A stretch of DNA of 63,391 bases, counting the filler, from Octopus bimaculoides (Eukaryota), in assembly GCF_001194135.2 (NCBI RefSeq). It is 7 parts of 7 records of this genome, joined end to end, with 100 filler letters (N's around TTAATTAATTAA, not from the genome) between each part and the next. Parts side by side here need not be neighbours in the genome. Positions count along the whole stretch, not along the records: positions 46,964 to 50,635 come from NC_068983.1; positions 50,736 to 61,348 come from NC_069008.1; positions 61,449 to 63,391 come from NW_026396010.1; 4 more parts are not named here. One strand, written 5' to 3'. The notes under the pieces are model-generated. The model had not been told where the DNA came from, searched no databases, and saw nothing but the letters and a program-made list of their open reading frames with translations. How positions within the stretch are numbered: position 1 is the first letter of the stretch; each line of letters starts with the position of its first letter. Made by a program: the position numbers and the translations under genes. Shown here piece by piece: positions 50,380-61,534 of the stretch.

Positions 50380-50586
50380 CTGTGGAACGAAAGCTGAGCT
50401 GAAATACTTCATTCGTGCATATAATAGTGCAATGTTCAAGGAAGAGAATATACTCTTCTCGCAAAAATCTGTATCTAGCACACACCCACGCACGTGCACA
50501 CACATACACTTACACACACAAACACATACGCACATGTGTGTATATATTTGTATATACATAATACACACATATATATATGTATATAT

Positions 50587-50635
<49 letters not shown>

Positions 50636-50735
50636 NNNNNNNNNNNNNNNNNNNNNNNNNNNNNNNNNNNNNNNNNNNNTTAATTAATTAANNNNNNNNN
50701 NNNNNNNNNNNNNNNNNNNNNNNNNNNNNNNNNNN

Positions 50736-50790
<55 letters not shown>

Positions 50791-50799
50791 GTATGTATA

Positions 50800-51195
50800 G
50801 TGAAACATGGGCTGTGACTACTGAGGACATACGTAAGCTCACAAGGAATGAAGCCAGTATGCTCCGATAGATGTGTAATGTCAGTGTGCATACACGATAG
50901 AATGTAAGTGCCTTGAGAGAAAAGTTGGACCTAAGAAGCATAAGATGTGGTGTACAAGAGAGACGACTGTGCTGGTATGGTCATGTGGTACGAATGGATG
51001 AGGATAGCTGTGTGAAAAAGTGTCACACCCTAGCGGTTGAGGGAACCTGTGGAAGAGGAAGACCTGGGATGAGGTAGTGAAGCATGACCTTCGAACATTA
51101 AGTCTCACCGAGGCAATGACTAGCGACCGAGACCTTTGGAAATATGCTCTGCTTGAGAAGACCCGCCAAGCCAAGTGAGACCATAACCTGTGATC
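50800..51195 (+). mobile_element. RTE LINE ORF C-terminal fragment
   Basis: SETWAVTTEDIRKLTRNEASMLR*MC...RRLCWYGHVVRMDEDSCVKKCHTLAVEGTCGRGRP..WDEVVKHDLRTL. Confidence 0.9.
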
Positions 51196-52353
51196 CTTTA
51201 ATTGTAATAAGAATAAGATAAATAGCCTGAGGATGCACTGGTGGATTTATCTATTAGGCATAACCTGGAAAAACACACCACAAGTACAGAAACATGTGTA
51301 GCACTGATTAAAACTATCTTTTTTCCCCACAGACTAATAATAGTTGGCGTTGAGACGGTCCAGTTGGGCGCTGATGCCTAAGGGGGCGTTAGAGAAAAAG
51401 GAGGCATTGGGAGGAAGGCAGTGGACCGGGGGCGGTATGAATTTATAATATTATAGTATTGAATACAAATTATATAACATTAAATATCAAATAATTCATA
51501 GTATATATAAATTAGTAAAATATAAAATATTTATACATAGAAATAGGGGTGGGAGCGCTGACTGTATTATGTGGCCATGAGGGTCCAAAATGTTCGAGAA
51601 CCTCTGTGCTTTAGCACAAAAAACAAAATTGGTGCGTTATTTAAGGGTTATTTAGCTGTTATTTTTAGCACATCTCACGACCACAACATGCATTCCACCT
51701 TTGTTTTCCACTCTGGACGTATTGGTGTTTTTCAATATCTTTCTCCCCATAAACACATTTTATGGTTTATTGCTGAGATTTAAGCCAAGAATTCGAACTG
51801 TCCATAGTTGAAGCTGAAAAATTTGAAGACATTTCTCCCGAATATTTACTCCCGTCAAGATCCACTTTGCCTTTCAGTTTTTTGCAGTCGAGGAAATTAA
51901 AACAAAACAATGCAAATACCAGAACGGAGGTAAGTGACTATTCTCTCCTAGCAGAATTTTCAGCTTAACTGCGAGACAAGGGAAATAACTTTTATTATAG
52001 TACGTAAATGATTGTTTTCCCTGATAGTTACTGGTAGGCATGATGATCCAGATGTCAAGAAAGCCCCGGAGAACAAGTTTATGGCGAAGCATCTAGCATG
52101 TGACAGTAGAGACCTCCAACATTCTAGACCCCGGGATCATATCCCTGCTTCCTGCTATTGGGGCGGAGATGTCAGAACTCAAGTGCGATCCATGGCATCT
52201 TCCCCGCCCTCCTCCGGGGGCCTGAGAAACATTTCTTAGTATAGAATAGTTATAGAAGTTGTATATCGGGACGGTTATTTATTTATTTATTTATTTAATT
52301 TCTTTTGTCAAATACTCGTTTATTACTGTTCTTATTTTTTAACTCGTATCCAT

Positions 52354-52398
52354 TGTCCGGAAATCTTTCGTCACCCCTATGTGACCTCTTCAGCGACA
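52354..52398 (-). ncRNA. Near-intact minimal type-I hammerhead ribozyme motif
   Basis: tgtcg-CTGAAGA-G-GTCAC ataggg GTGAC-GAAA-GAT-TTC-cggaca: intact core, perfect 5-bp stem II, UUC site, stem I with one bulge. Confidence 0.6.
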
Positions 52399-52726
52399 CT
52401 TTCCGTGCTTGTGTATGCTCTAGCTCTGCTTAATTTATTCTAAGATCTAGTTGGCTTGGCTGACGACAAAATATGCAGTCACGCACAAAATTACAGCTTC
52501 CTGTTTCCTGACTGGATGAAAATGATGAAACTTTAATCGTCTGTAACTTTTTAAAAACATGTTTCTGGAAAAGTATATTATTCTGCCAAATTTTAAAATT
52601 TCCGATAAATTTTAAGTTTTGAAATGCTGGCAGCTAAACCAACTGTTCTGTTCTTCTATGGTACGACATTTTCCGTCTTCGTGTGTACTCCTGTTCCGCT
52701 TAGTCCATTCTGTTATGGAAGGAATT

Positions 52727-52963
52727 GTTGTTGGCACTCCGTCGCTTACGACGTCGAGGGTTCCAGTTGATCCGATCAACGGAACAGCCTGCTCGTGAAA
52801 TTAACGCGCAAGTGGCTGAGCACTCCACAGACACGTGTACCCTTAACATAGTTCTCAGGGATATTCAGCATGACACAGTGTGACAAGGTTGGACCCCTTT
52901 CAAATACAGGTACAATAGAAACAGGAAGTAAGAGTGAGAGAAAGTTGTGGTGAAAGAGTACAG
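52727..52963 (-). mobile_element. SINE family C 3' body (truncated by gap)
   Basis: Reverse complement of ~34060-34298. Confidence 0.88.
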
Positions 52964-54291
52964 NNNNNNNNNNNNNNNNNNNNNNNNNNNNNNNNNNNNN
53001 NNNNNNNNNNNNNNNNNNNNNNNNNNNNNNNNNNNNNNNNNNNNNNNNNNNNNNNNNNNNNNNNNNNNNNNNNNNNNNNNNNNNNNNNNNNNNNNNNNNN
53101 NNNNNNNNNNNNNNNNNNNNNNNNNNNNNNNNNNNNNNNNNNNNNNNNNNNNNNNNNNNNNNNNNNNNNNNNNNNNNNNNNNNNNNNNNNNNNNNNNNNN
53201 NNNNNNNNNNNNNNNNNNNNNNNNNNNNNNNNNNNNNNNNNNNNNNNNNNNNNNNNNNNNNNNNNNNNNNNNNNNNNNNNNNNNNNNNNNNNNNNNNNNN
53301 NNNNNNNNNNNNNNNNNNNNNNNNNNNNNNNNAGGAATTATACAAATGAGAAATCTGTTTTATTCAATTTCAGGATGTTTTTGGTTTGACGGGCAACATT
53401 TTTCATTAATGTTTTATATAGTGTTTGTGGTACCGAAACACTTTCAAACTTCGTATACTTGTATATTTTGTATTATAGAACAGATAAAAATTTTTGTATT
53501 CGAAGTTATTTCATGTAAAAAGTTGTCGTATTTCGGTAATTTCAACCAATCACTGAAGTCTATTGAGGTGAAAACAATTACTGCCGTGGAATATAACAAC
53601 CCAGACTTATAAGTATTACTCGCTGGTTTCATGGGGCTAGAGTGATCCTAGATTAGTCGTCCCATAGACGCCAGCATGTCTTAAGCAGACAAAGTCTACT
53701 AGTGCTCTCCATAGCTGGCGGTCCCAAACCTGCCCCTCTGCATCTCCTCCAAACTTAGCATATGTAAAACAATATTGATACATTATTCTGATTAATGAAA
53801 ACTATGAATAAACATATATTGTATCTGTACATATATAGCAACTTTATTTTATATACTTTTGACCTAGGTGCCTTATGTTAAACTTCCCCTTCTCCATTAT
53901 AAACTGATCTGCTAGTAGAGAAAACCCCCCAACCTATAGTAGTTTGTCACTGAAACCAAAAGAATCTTTATAACCATATCATCCATGTATATTGTTTACC
54001 CATTTCCCTTTCCCTATAAGGAAAAGGCTGGTGCCCTCTTAAGCTTTGANNNNNNNNNNAGGTACATTTCTTAGTTTATGACAGGCCCCGCGAATGCTCT
54101 AAGATGCATCGTCAGTAACGCCCCTGAAGTCTCCGGGCTTTAGGGGCTTTCAACATCATTCACCGACAACAATGCTTCTTCTTTTTTAAAGTAAGGATCC
54201 CCCAACCACTGGGCTATGGATCACTACTGGAATGCACATCATTTTCGTCCTGGGCAGTACAGAAATAATAAAGTTTTGAATTTTATTTCTA

Positions 54292-54360
54292 TAGGTGCAG
54301 GAGTGGCTGTGTGGTAAGTAGCTTGCTTACCAGCCACATGGTTCCGGGTTCAGTCCCATT
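54292..54360 (+). mobile_element. SINE family A head only
   Basis: aggtgcaggagtggctgtgtggtaagtagc...gggttcagtccca, then unrelated sequence. Confidence 0.8.
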
Positions 54361-54713
54361 CAGGCCTGTATGGTCTGGCTAAGTCAAAATGATTTTCTTT
54401 TGTATCCTTCCTTTCCACTTGGAGTGTTTAAATGTAGTTACAATAATATATCCTTCTGTTGAAATGAAATTTCAGTAAATTTCTATATCTTTGTGCAGCT
54501 GAGGATTGCTCTGCATTTTACATTTAATGTAATGTTCACATTGCTTAAATAAATGGAGTCGCATGAAGCACTCGTACTGCATTAACTTTGGATTTCCTTG
54601 TTGCTTATTTTGATTTTAATCACCTTATTCTGGAATTCTATGGATAATACCATACTTAATTCTGGTGCCTAAACTTAAGTACCATTTTCACCTTAAATCT
54701 CTCTTTCTCTCGC

Positions 54714-54744
<31 letters not shown>

Positions 54745-54824
54745 TCACAATGGGCTTCTTTCAGTTTCTATCTACCAAATCCACTAACAAAGTTTTAGTC
54801 GGTTTGAGTCTATAGTAGAAGACA

Positions 54825-55194
54825 CTGCCTAGGGTTAAGCCAGCTCAGCTTGTCAATTTGTAATAGTTACCATAGAAACCCCATGCTGGTTTCATAAATG
54901 ATAAAAGGGAAAATTATAAACAATAATGGTGGCTTATTCACAATTCACAATCAAATGCAGAACTATAGACGTCAATAAAGTGACTAAGAGTACTAATGAG
55001 CACCAGCATTGCTAGAAATAAAAGTCAAAACACCTCTTCGTCACAAGAACACACTTATCTCATGATTGATAAGGGAGGCGAATAAGCCACTTTTATTATC
55101 TATAATTTTCACTTTTATCATTTATGGAATCAACGTGGGATTTCTATGGTAACTCTTATAAACTGACAAGGTAAGCTAGCTTAACCCTAGGCAG
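54825..55194. mobile_element. MITE-like element with ~60-bp terminal inverted repeats
   Basis: ctgcctagggttaagccagctcagcttgtcaatttgtaatagttaccatagaaacccc versus the reverse complement of the right end gcctagggttaagctagcttaccttgtcagtttataagagttaccatagaaatccc. TSD ambiguous (possibly TA). Confidence 0.75.
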
Positions 55195-55734
55195 CCAGGT
55201 AAGAGCACTGACGAGCATTTATTTATCAAATGAGATCTCACTGGCGATCTGGTTATACCTCGGATGCTGTAGGGAGCTTGCCTCCCTTGTCACTCCTAAG
55301 TGCATTCTCATGGCTAGGAGTTATTTTGACTCTTATTTCTAGTAATGCNNNNNNNNNNNNNNNNNNNNNNNNNNNNNNNNNNNNNNNNNNNNNNNNNNNN
55401 NNNNNNNNNNNNNNNNNNNNNNNNNNNNNNNNNNNNNNNNNNNNNNNNAATAATTATTCACTCCCTCTTAGTAAACGCAGATTCTCTGCGGTATTGCTTG
55501 TCGCACACATGGTAATTTCTTGAAGGAAGGATAGTGGACTGGCTGGCCGAGGTAGATTCGGTTATGCTTTCAGGTTTGTGTCAATGTAGAATGTTCACTC
55601 GTTCATGCATGCACAGTTTGCTAGCATGGTCGAATTTATTACTGGAATATCGTATTGATGAAGGAAATTGAGTATTTATCACTCATAATCCAAGGACCAA
55701 CAGCCACTCCTACGTAAGATTCAAAAGTCTCTTT

Positions 55735-56429
55735 CGAAACTAGCTTGCGGATAATTTTGTATATATTTAGGTAATTTTCACTTGTCTTGCCCGCATACGT
55801 TTTGTTACTTCGCTGAATTTCCTTTGAGAACAATTCGGTTTTAGTAGACACATCACATGTGATCTTCTTCTAGCACATTAACAGTCCACCTAGTGGTCTC
55901 CTTTATATATACATATACAATAATCTTTTGAGATCTCAGATATTTTTTCTGAATTTCCTTGATTCTATTAATGTGCTTGTTCCCTGGTATTAAATTGATA
56001 TTAATTAATATCCAATTTTTTACCCTACTGTTTTAATTTAATTAACTATAACCACGTTCTCAAAGTTGGTATATTCCATATGCGGAAACTATTTTCTGCA
56101 GAGATATTCCCGGATTTAGCGCGCCAAAACGAAGACTTTTGAATCTTACCATAAATATAATTAACAGAACCGTGTACACGTGCTTCATTCGTGGGGAACA
56201 ACTAGTATATTATTCTGAGAATTATATTTATTTAACGGTCCGTACTGATGAGAAACAGATATTTTCGGTAAGAAAATGTTAATTTCAAAACTAGTTTGCG
56301 GATAACTTTGTATATATTTATGTAATTTTCACTTGTCTTGTCCGCATACGTTTTGTTGCTTCGCTGAATTTCCTTTGAGAAAAATTCCGTCTTAGTAGAC
56401 ACATTACATGTGATCTTTTTCTAGCACAT
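55735..56429. repeat. Dispersed/tandem direct repeat, two diverged ~140-bp copies ~550 bp apart
   Basis: aaactag.ttgcggataa.tttgtatatattta...tctagcacat at ~55735-55878 and ~56286-56429 (second copy cut by a gap). Confidence 0.8.
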
Positions 56430-56985
56430 NNNNNNNNNNNNNNNNNNNNNNNNNNNNNNNNNNNNNNNNNNNNNNNNNNNNNNNNNNNNNNNNNNNNNNN
56501 NNNNNNNNNNNNNNNNNNNNNNNNNNNNNNNNNNNNNNNNNNNNNNNNNNNNNNNNNNNNNNNNNNNNNNNNNNNNNNNNNNNNNNNNNNNNNNNNNNNN
56601 NNNNNNNNNNNNNNNNNNNNNNNNNNNNNNNNNNNNNNNNNNNNNNNNNNNNNNNNNNNNNNNNNNNNNNNNNNNNNNNNNNNNNNNNNNNNNNNNNNNN
56701 NNNNNNNNNNNNNNNNNNNNNNNNNNNNNNNNNNNNNNNNNNNNNNNNNNNNNNNNNNNNNNNNNNNNNNNNNNNNNNNNNNNNNNNNNNNNNNNNNNNN
56801 NNNNNNNNNNNNNNNNNNNNNNNNNNNNNNNNNNNNNNNNNNNNNNNNNNNNNNNNNNNNNNNNNNNNNNNNNNNNNNNNNNNNNNNNNNNNNNNNNNNN
56901 NNNNNNNNNNNNNNNNNNNNNNNNNNNNNNNNNNNNNNNNNNNNNNNNNNNNNNNNNNNNNNNNNNNNNNNNNNNNNNNNNNNNT

Positions 56986-57310
56986 GCCGTTCATCCTTTC
57001 GGGGTCGATAAATTAAGTACCAGTTGTGTGCTGGGGTCGGTCTAATCGACTGGTCCCTTCCCAAAACTTTTGTGCCTAGAGTATAAAAAAAAATATTTTC
57101 CGTTTGTTGTCTTTTTACTTAATGCTGAAAAAAAAAAACATTTGTATGTATATATATACAACGGAGTTCTTTCGGTTTCCATCTACCGAATCCACTCAGA
57201 AGGTTTTGGTCGGCCCGAGGATAAGACACTTGCCCAAGGTGTCACGCAGTGAGACTGAACCCAGAACCATGTGGTTGGGAAGCAAACTCCTTACCACACA
57301 GCCACGCCTG
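56986..57310. mobile_element. Family B SINE 3' half (+, 56986-57085) and family A SINE 5' half (-, 57158-57310)
   Basis: Matches to the family consensuses. Confidence 0.8.
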
Positions 57311-57374
57311 TAAGAAATTGTTATCATAACATTTAAAACATTTGATGATAATGTAGAAATAAAGAAGACAACTC

Positions 57375-57417
<43 letters not shown>

Positions 57418-58717
57418 TAGCATCATCATCATTGTCATCATGCTTGCTGTTATGTGGATGCATGTATTTGTTCGTTACATTTTATTGTCCATTGTTGTAG
57501 GATTCCTTTCTTTTGTAATTATTGTTGATGCTGTTATTTAACCCCAGATCTACCTTGACTGAGGTCACCTACGATCTAAAACATTCCGGCCATGACCATC
57601 TTGCTTCTTTAGAGGGATTTATGTGTCCTTCCTTGTGTAAACGGTGGTTGGGGAGTGGGTTTTAAAAGAGGTTTTGGCGACCACGTAGAGGCCTCTGCGC
57701 GTGCAAAAAAATCGTGGCGTATTAAAAAAAAAAATCATAGCTGTCGCTAATAATAGTGACATTGTTGTTGATGTTGTTGCTACTGCAGCAGCAGCAGCAG
57801 CAGTAGTAGTAGGAGGAGGAGGAGGAGGAGGAGGGGAGAAAAGCTCGTAATGGTGTTGTTGCTGAAAGGGATGACAATATAGAGTGAAAGAGTGATTAGG
57901 TGATGGCTTGCAGGGTGGTAGATGGTCGTTCAAAGTGTTCACGTGTTTATGTTCCTTTCGTTCGTCCCCTTAAATTCTGTCTTTTAATCATTCCTTATTT
58001 ATTATGTATATTATTATTATTTTTATTTTTTAACTTCACCCTCTAAATATCACCACCCCGCCCTGCACCCCCACACCACCTTCGGCCAAACCCTCCAACG
58101 CCAAAAATCACCAAACATCAGACATACATGCTACCACGTTCCACGCCACCGCTGCCGTCACCAGACTTCGATATTCAAGTNNNNNNNNNNNNNNNNNNNN
58201 NNNNNNNNNNNNNNNNNNNNNNNNNNNNNNNNNNNNNNNNNNNNNNNNNNNNNNNNNNNNNNNNNNNNNNNNNNNNNNNNNNNNNNNNNNNNNNNNNNNN
58301 NNNNNNNNNNNNNNNNNNNNNNNNNNNNNNNNNNNNNNNNNNNNNNNNNNNNNNNNNNNNNNNNNNNNNNNNNNNNNNNNNNNNNNNNNNNNNNNNNNNN
58401 NNNNNNNNNNNNNNNNNNNNNNNNNNNNNNNNNNNNNNNNNNNNNNNNNNNNNNNATTTCCGTTTGTCTTACTTTGGCTTTCGTTAGTTTCGTTCCATTA
58501 ATTTGGGACCTGAAAAATTAAGAAAGAAAAATGTAAAAAATGTGAAGTAAAATTTTAAACGTTCATATCGCTTTCTTCTTTCTGGCCATAAAAATATAAA
58601 CCTGATTATTTTGTTTACATTTTGACACATGGCTAATTGAGGTTCACATTATAGTCCCAACTACTACGTTAAGAAAATGCTCTAAATGAGTGTGCGTATG
58701 TGTGTGTGTGTGCATGT

Positions 58718-58748
<31 letters not shown>

Positions 58749-58897
58749 AGAAAGAGAGAGAGAGAGAGTAGCTTTTACGAAGTTACTATCTACAAGCCAT
58801 GAACCATTTCGTGACCTAACGTATGTCCTATGAGACCATAAAGCTGCACCTGTCGAGTTCCACTCTAAAACATAGGCAGGTTGGGTTACATCCTAAC

Positions 58898-59398
58898 AAC
58901 AGAAGACACTGGCCCCAGGTGCCATGTAGTGGAACTGAACCCAGAACCATGTACCACACAGCCACACACACACACACACACACACACAAAGGAGTGGCTG
59001 TGTGGTAAGAAACCTGTTTGCAAACCACATGATTCCGAGTTCAGTCCCACTGTGTGGGACCACCTTAGGCAAGTGTCTTCTACTATCGCCTCGGATCAAC
59101 GAAAGCCTTATGAGTGGATTTGGTGGATGGAAGCTGAAAGAAGCCCGTCGTGTATATTATATTATATATATCTTTGTGCATCTTTGCATCTGCGTTTGTC
59201 TCTCCACCACTGATTCACAATAGGCTGCTGGTGTGTTTACGTCACCTTAAATTAGCGGTTCGGCGATAGAAACCGATAGAATAAGTACCAGGCTTCAAAT
59301 AGAAGTACTGGGGTCGATTCATTCGACAAAATGTTCAAGGCGGTACCCCAGCATGGCCATAGTCTAATGACTGAAATAAATAAAAAATCAACGACAAA
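58898..59398. mobile_element. Head-to-head family A SINEs (short - copy 58898-58965; full + copy 58990-59398)
   Basis: Inverted heads separated by (CA)n. Confidence 0.8.
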
Positions 59399-59444
59399 AG
59401 GTAAATGTTATATGATATATATATGTATATAATATATGTATATG

Positions 59445-59507
<63 letters not shown>

Positions 59508-59508
<1 letters not shown>

Positions 59509-60082
59509 AAAGAGAACAGGAAATGGAGAAGTACTGATGAAAAACAATTGACTTACATCAATTATTATGTATTAATTCAATGCAAGTAGACTGCATCCCA
59601 TCTAACAGCTGTTTCTGCTTCCAATGTAGTATGGTATTGCCACTGATATGCGAAAATAGGCAAAAGTATTTATCATTTTTTGGTAATAAAACCGATCTGA
59701 AAGAAGGAGCTTCATCAGAGTGAAGAATAAATAAGGAAGAAGAGAATAGAGAAGAAAAGGGAAAAGCTGAATATGGTTGTAATCATACCATTTTACTTGT
59801 GATACAAGTAAAATGGTATGATTACATCACTTTATTCTGCTCTGTGCTGTTCTTATTTATTTATTCTTCACTCTGATGAAACTCCTTCTTTACGATCGGT
59901 TTTATTATCAAATATGATAAATAGTTTTGCATATTTTTGCATTTCAGTAGCAATACCATACTACATTGGAAGCAGAAACAGCTGTTAGATGGGATGCAGT
60001 CTCTTTGCATTGAATCAATAAATAATAATTAATGCAAGTCAAGTGTTGTTCATCAATAGTTCTCCATCTTCTGTTTTCTTTA
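59508..60082. repeat. ~570-bp imperfect palindrome (foldback)
   Basis: Perfect 23-bp central stem 59778-59800/59804-59826 with a 3-nt loop. The arms remain alignable to ~59508 and ~60082. Confidence 0.92.
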
Positions 60083-60246
60083 AATTTTGATTCTTGATAA
60101 ACCCATGTATTTCCTTATCTTTACCCATCATTTATGAGCAAAATATGCCTGCATATGTATGTCCATGTTTAAAAATAGCTAATATACCATAGTGTAATGG
60201 ATACTTTTATCCCTTAGACGGTTATTTTAAACTCTAACTCAACTCA

Positions 60247-60300
<54 letters not shown>

Positions 60301-60974
60301 CATACATATATGTATATGTGTGTGTATATATGTATGTGGATATATGTATGTATGTATATATATATGGTATATATATGTATACATATATGGTATATGTAAT
60401 ATATATACACATACACACACACATATATATGGTATAAATATATCTATATATATATATATATATATGGTATATATATATANNNNNNNNNNNNNNNNNNNNN
60501 NNNNNNNNNNNNNNNNNNNNNNNNNNNNNNNNNNNNNNNNNNNNNNNNNNNNNNNNNNNNNNNNNNNNNNNNNNNNNNNNNNNNNNNNNNNNNNNNNNNN
60601 NNNNNNNNNNNNNNNNNNNNNNNNNNNNNNNNNNNNNNNNNNNNNNNNNNNNNNNNNNNNNNNNNNNNNNNNNNNNNNNNNNNNNNNNNNNNNNNNNNNN
60701 NNNNNNNNNNNNNNNNNNNNNNNNNNNNNNNNNNNNNNNNNNNNNNNNNNNNNNNNNNNNNNNNNNNNNNNNNNNNNNNNNNNNNNNNNNNNNNNNNNNN
60801 NNNNNNNNNNNNNNNNNNNNNNNNNNNNNNNNNNNNNNNNNNNNNNNNNNNNNNNNNNNNNNNNNNNNNNNNNNNNNNNNNNNNNNNNNNNNNNNNNNNN
60901 NNNNNNNNNNNNNNNNNNNNNNNNNNNNNNNNNNNNNNNNNNNNNNNNNNNNTATATATATATATATATATGCA

Positions 60975-61348
60975 CACAGGTGGAGGCGTGGATGGATGTG
61001 TAGTAAGTAGCTTGCTTACCAACCACATGATTCCGGGTTCAGTCCCACTGCGTGGCATCTTGGGAAAGTGTCTTCTACTATAGCCTTATGAGTGAATTTG
61101 GTAGACGGAAACTGAAAGAAGCCTGTCGTATATATATATGCATGTATATGCATGTTTGTGTGTTTGTCCCCCCACCAACATCACTTAACAACCGATGCTG
61201 GTGTATTTACGACTCCATAACCTAGTGGTTCAGCAGAAAGCGTCCGATAGAATAAGTACTAGGCTTAGAAAGAATAAGTTCTGGGGTCGATTTGCTCGAC
61301 TAAAAGGTGATGCTCCATCATGGCCGCAGTTAAATGACTGAAACAATT
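60975..61348 (+). mobile_element. SINE family A near full-length
   Basis: Matches the 32053 copy with a short internal deletion. Confidence 0.88.
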
Positions 61349-61448
61349 NNNNNNNNNNNNNNNNNNNNNNNNNNNNNNNNNNNNNNNNNNNNTTAATTAA
61401 TTAANNNNNNNNNNNNNNNNNNNNNNNNNNNNNNNNNNNNNNNNNNNN

Positions 61449-61488
<40 letters not shown>

Positions 61489-61502
61489 ATCTATATATGT
61501 AT

Positions 61503-61534
<32 letters not shown>

